Source of the DNA: Lewinellaceae bacterium
Lineage (GTDB): Bacteria; Bacteroidota; Bacteroidia; Chitinophagales; Saprospiraceae
Length of the DNA: 64,000 bases
Direction: 5' to 3'
Assembly: GCA_020636315.1 (NCBI GenBank)
Contig: JACJYA010000017.1
Span: forward strand, 4,762-68,761
Below the pieces are notes generated by a model, which worked only from the letters and a program-made list of their open reading frames with translations, did no database searches and was not told where the DNA came from. This document shows, one piece after another, positions 62,209 to 64,000 of the stretch; position 1 is the stretch's first letter; each line of letters opens with the position of its first letter. A program made the translations under genes and the position numbers.

Positions 62209-62613
62209 ATGCAACGCATTCCATCCCTTTTCATTGCTCCCAGCCCGCTCGGCGGACGGGGGGTGTTTACCGCAGCGCCTATTCCTATGGGCTCCCTTAT
62301 CGAGGTATGCCCGGTGATCGCCCTTTCCGGGAAAGACCGGGGACAAATTGACCGGACCGGCCTGTACGATTACTATTTCATCTGGGGGGAGGAGGACCAG
62401 CAGTGCGCCATCGCCCTGGGTTATGGTTCGTTGTACAACCACTCCTTTGAGCCCAACGCGGAATACCGGGCGGATTTTGACGGCCTTACACTGGATTTCT
62501 ATGCCCTGAAGGATATAGAGGCAGGAGAAGAGGTCACCGTAAATTACAACGGAGACCCGGACAACAAGGAAAAAGTGTGGTTCAGGCCGAGGCAAACGAG
62601 CCGGCCAAAATGA
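62209..62613 (+). CDS. SET-domain protein (putative lysine methyltransferase)
   Basis: GRGVFT, GYGSLYNHSFEPNA and GEEVTVNY are core SET motifs. Confidence 0.8.
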   Translation: MQRIPSLFIAPSPLGGRGVFTAAPIPMGSLIEVCPVIALSGKDRGQIDRTGLYDYYFIWGEEDQQCAIALGYGSLYNHSFEPNAEYRADFDGLTLDFYALKDIEAGEEVTVNYNGDPDNKEKVWFRPRQTSRPK

Positions 62614-62739
62614 GGGCCTCCGGCAACGCTCTGCCGGCCTTTGGCAGCAAAGCTCCATTTTTTCTGTCCATATTCCGCCACACTTTGCGCTCCTGTCTTT
62701 TGAATTTGCTATTTTGGCGACTGAACGAAAGCCAGCCAC

Positions 62740-63843
62740 ATGAAAAGGTTCGAAGCCCTCGATGCATTCCGCGGAATGACCATCTTCCTGATGATTATCG
62801 TCAACACGCCCGGCGACTGGAGCCTGACCTTCTCTCCTCTGCTCCACGCTCAATGGCATGGATTCACGCCCACTGACCTGGTATTTCCCTCTTTCCTCTT
62901 TGCCGTGGGCAATGCCCTGTTCTTTGTCAACCGAAAGTGGGCGGACAAACCATTCGGCGCCTACTTTGTGAAGATCCTCCGGCGCACCCTGATCCTTTTC
63001 ATTCTGGGGTATCTCATGTACTGGATCCCTTTTTACCGGTGGGCGGAGGACGGCAGCCTGATCCCCATTCATATCTCGGAGACGCGTATTCTCGGCGTTC
63101 TGCAAAGGATCGCTCTTTGCTATTTTGCCGCTTCCCTGATGGTTCGTTTCCTTTCCGAACGGTCATTATTGATCTGGTCGGCCGTTTTGCTCCTGGGTTA
63201 CTGGATACTTCTCTACGCCTTCGGCGATTACACGCTGGAAGGAAACGCAGCTCTGAAACTGGACCTGCTGATCATGGGCGAGAAGCACCTGTATATGGGC
63301 GAAGGAGTGCCCTTCGACCCGGAAGGCCTGCTGAGCACCCTGCCCTCCATTGTCAATGTCATTGGCGGTTACCTGTTCGGCGCCTTTCTGGTGCGCGGAG
63401 AGATCAACTATGAAAAGATCACCAGGACGATGCTGATGGGGATGGCCTTGCTGGTGGGCGCCTATTTCTGGGATTTTCTCCTCCCCGTCAACAAAAAACT
63501 GTGGACCAGTTCCTACGTCCTGCTCACCGTCGGGCTGGACCTGATGATCATGGCGGCCATCATCTATACCACCGACCTGTCTTCCCGGAAAGTGAACTAC
63601 CGGTTTTTCCTCATCTTCGGGATGAACCCTCTGTTCATCTACCTCCTCTCCGAATATCTGGCCATTTTTATGCACTTCATCCGGGTGGGAGATGGCATGT
63701 CGCTATACCATTCCACCTACCTGGCCCTGTTCAGCTGGATGGGGCCCTATATCGGGTCTCTGGCCTTCGCCCTGGCCTTCACTATGGTTTGCTGGGCGGT
63801 GGGCTGGTGGTTGTGGAAGAAGAATATTTATATTAAGGTGTAA
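62740..63843 (+). CDS. DUF5009/DUF1624 acyltransferase-like membrane protein (HGSNAT-like)
   Basis: RFEALDAFRGMTIFLMIIVNTPG...WHGFTPTDLVFPSFLF and ~10 TM helices. Confidence 0.8.
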   Translation: MKRFEALDAFRGMTIFLMIIVNTPGDWSLTFSPLLHAQWHGFTPTDLVFPSFLFAVGNALFFVNRKWADKPFGAYFVKILRRTLILFILGYLMYWIPFYRWAEDGSLIPIHISETRILGVLQRIALCYFAASLMVRFLSERSLLIWSAVLLLGYWILLYAFGDYTLEGNAALKLDLLIMGEKHLYMGEGVPFDPEGLLSTLPSIVNVIGGYLFGAFLVRGEINYEKITRTMLMGMALLVGAYFWDFLLPVNKKLWTSSYVLLTVGLDLMIMAAIIYTTDLSSRKVNYRFFLIFGMNPLFIYLLSEYLAIFMHFIRVGDGMSLYHSTYLALFSWMGPYIGSLAFALAFTMVCWAVGWWLWKKNIYIKV

Positions 63844-63915
63844 GTAAGTGCCCGGACAATTCCAGCCTGGCCTGTTCTGCTTCGGAAGCGATGTTCTGGA
63901 GGCATTACTCCTGGG

Positions 63916-63975
63916 GTTGTGGTTATATTGTTTGATGGCTATATTGTTGAATTGCTGCATTGTTTAATGGTTATG
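63916..63975 (+). repeat. tandem octamer tract (TTGTTAKA-like)
   Basis: GTTGTGGTTATATTGTTTGATGGCTATATTGTTGAATTGCTGCATTGTTTAATGGTTATG, downstream of the DUF5009 gene. Confidence 0.65.
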
Positions 63976-64000
63976 CCGTCTTTATGCGTCCTGGCTTTGC

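Overview
This 64-kb chromosomal segment is most likely from a fairly GC-rich member of Bacteroidota. That placement is an inference from T9SS type-B (CHU_C) sorting domains, a CarboxypepD_reg-type TonB-dependent receptor, TAnnTTTG promoter boxes and the absence of Shine-Dalgarno signals. I call about 51 intact protein genes and 2 gene remnants.

Coding content:
- Housekeeping genes: rplS, era, der, tsaC-like, rfbC and rfbD.
- Redox and catabolic genes: a GH2 glycosidase, quinone oxidoreductase, di-haem cytochrome c peroxidase, an extradiol dioxygenase, and xanthine-dehydrogenase-like small and large subunits split by an Lgt-fusion gene.
- Two tandem paralogous T9SS-secreted PKD proteins.
- A class-C beta-lactamase-like serine hydrolase.
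- A TonB-dependent receptor preceded by a clear TPP riboswitch.
- Two adjacent two-component systems followed by a PepSY-like gene and a TolC-MFP-RND efflux operon.
- Two type II toxin-antitoxin pairs (UPF0175/DUF3368 and RHH/PIN).
- LemA-DUF2207, a SET-domain protein and an MtfA-like peptidase.
- A short zone of gene remnants.

I saw no rRNA, tRNA, CRISPR array, transposase or integrase. I did not find a convincing new multi-gene defence or secretion system.

The most unusual content is non-coding:
- Two near-identical 244-bp hairpin-rich MITEs, plus a solo end of the same family.
- A 112-bp MITE with perfect 20-bp inverted repeats and a 9-bp target duplication beside vapBC.
- A roughly 80-105-bp REP/MITE-like family with the conserved core GGAAACCAGCGGGTTAGCGTAA (5 copies).
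- Several families of 7-8-nt tandem repeats that fill many intergenic regions: GGTTTCT, TTGTTAKA, GTGTAAA, TGAATGA and GATTCAC.
- A recurring CTGCCGGGTT/AACCCGGCAG hairpin.

All family assignments come from reading motifs by eye. No database search was run.
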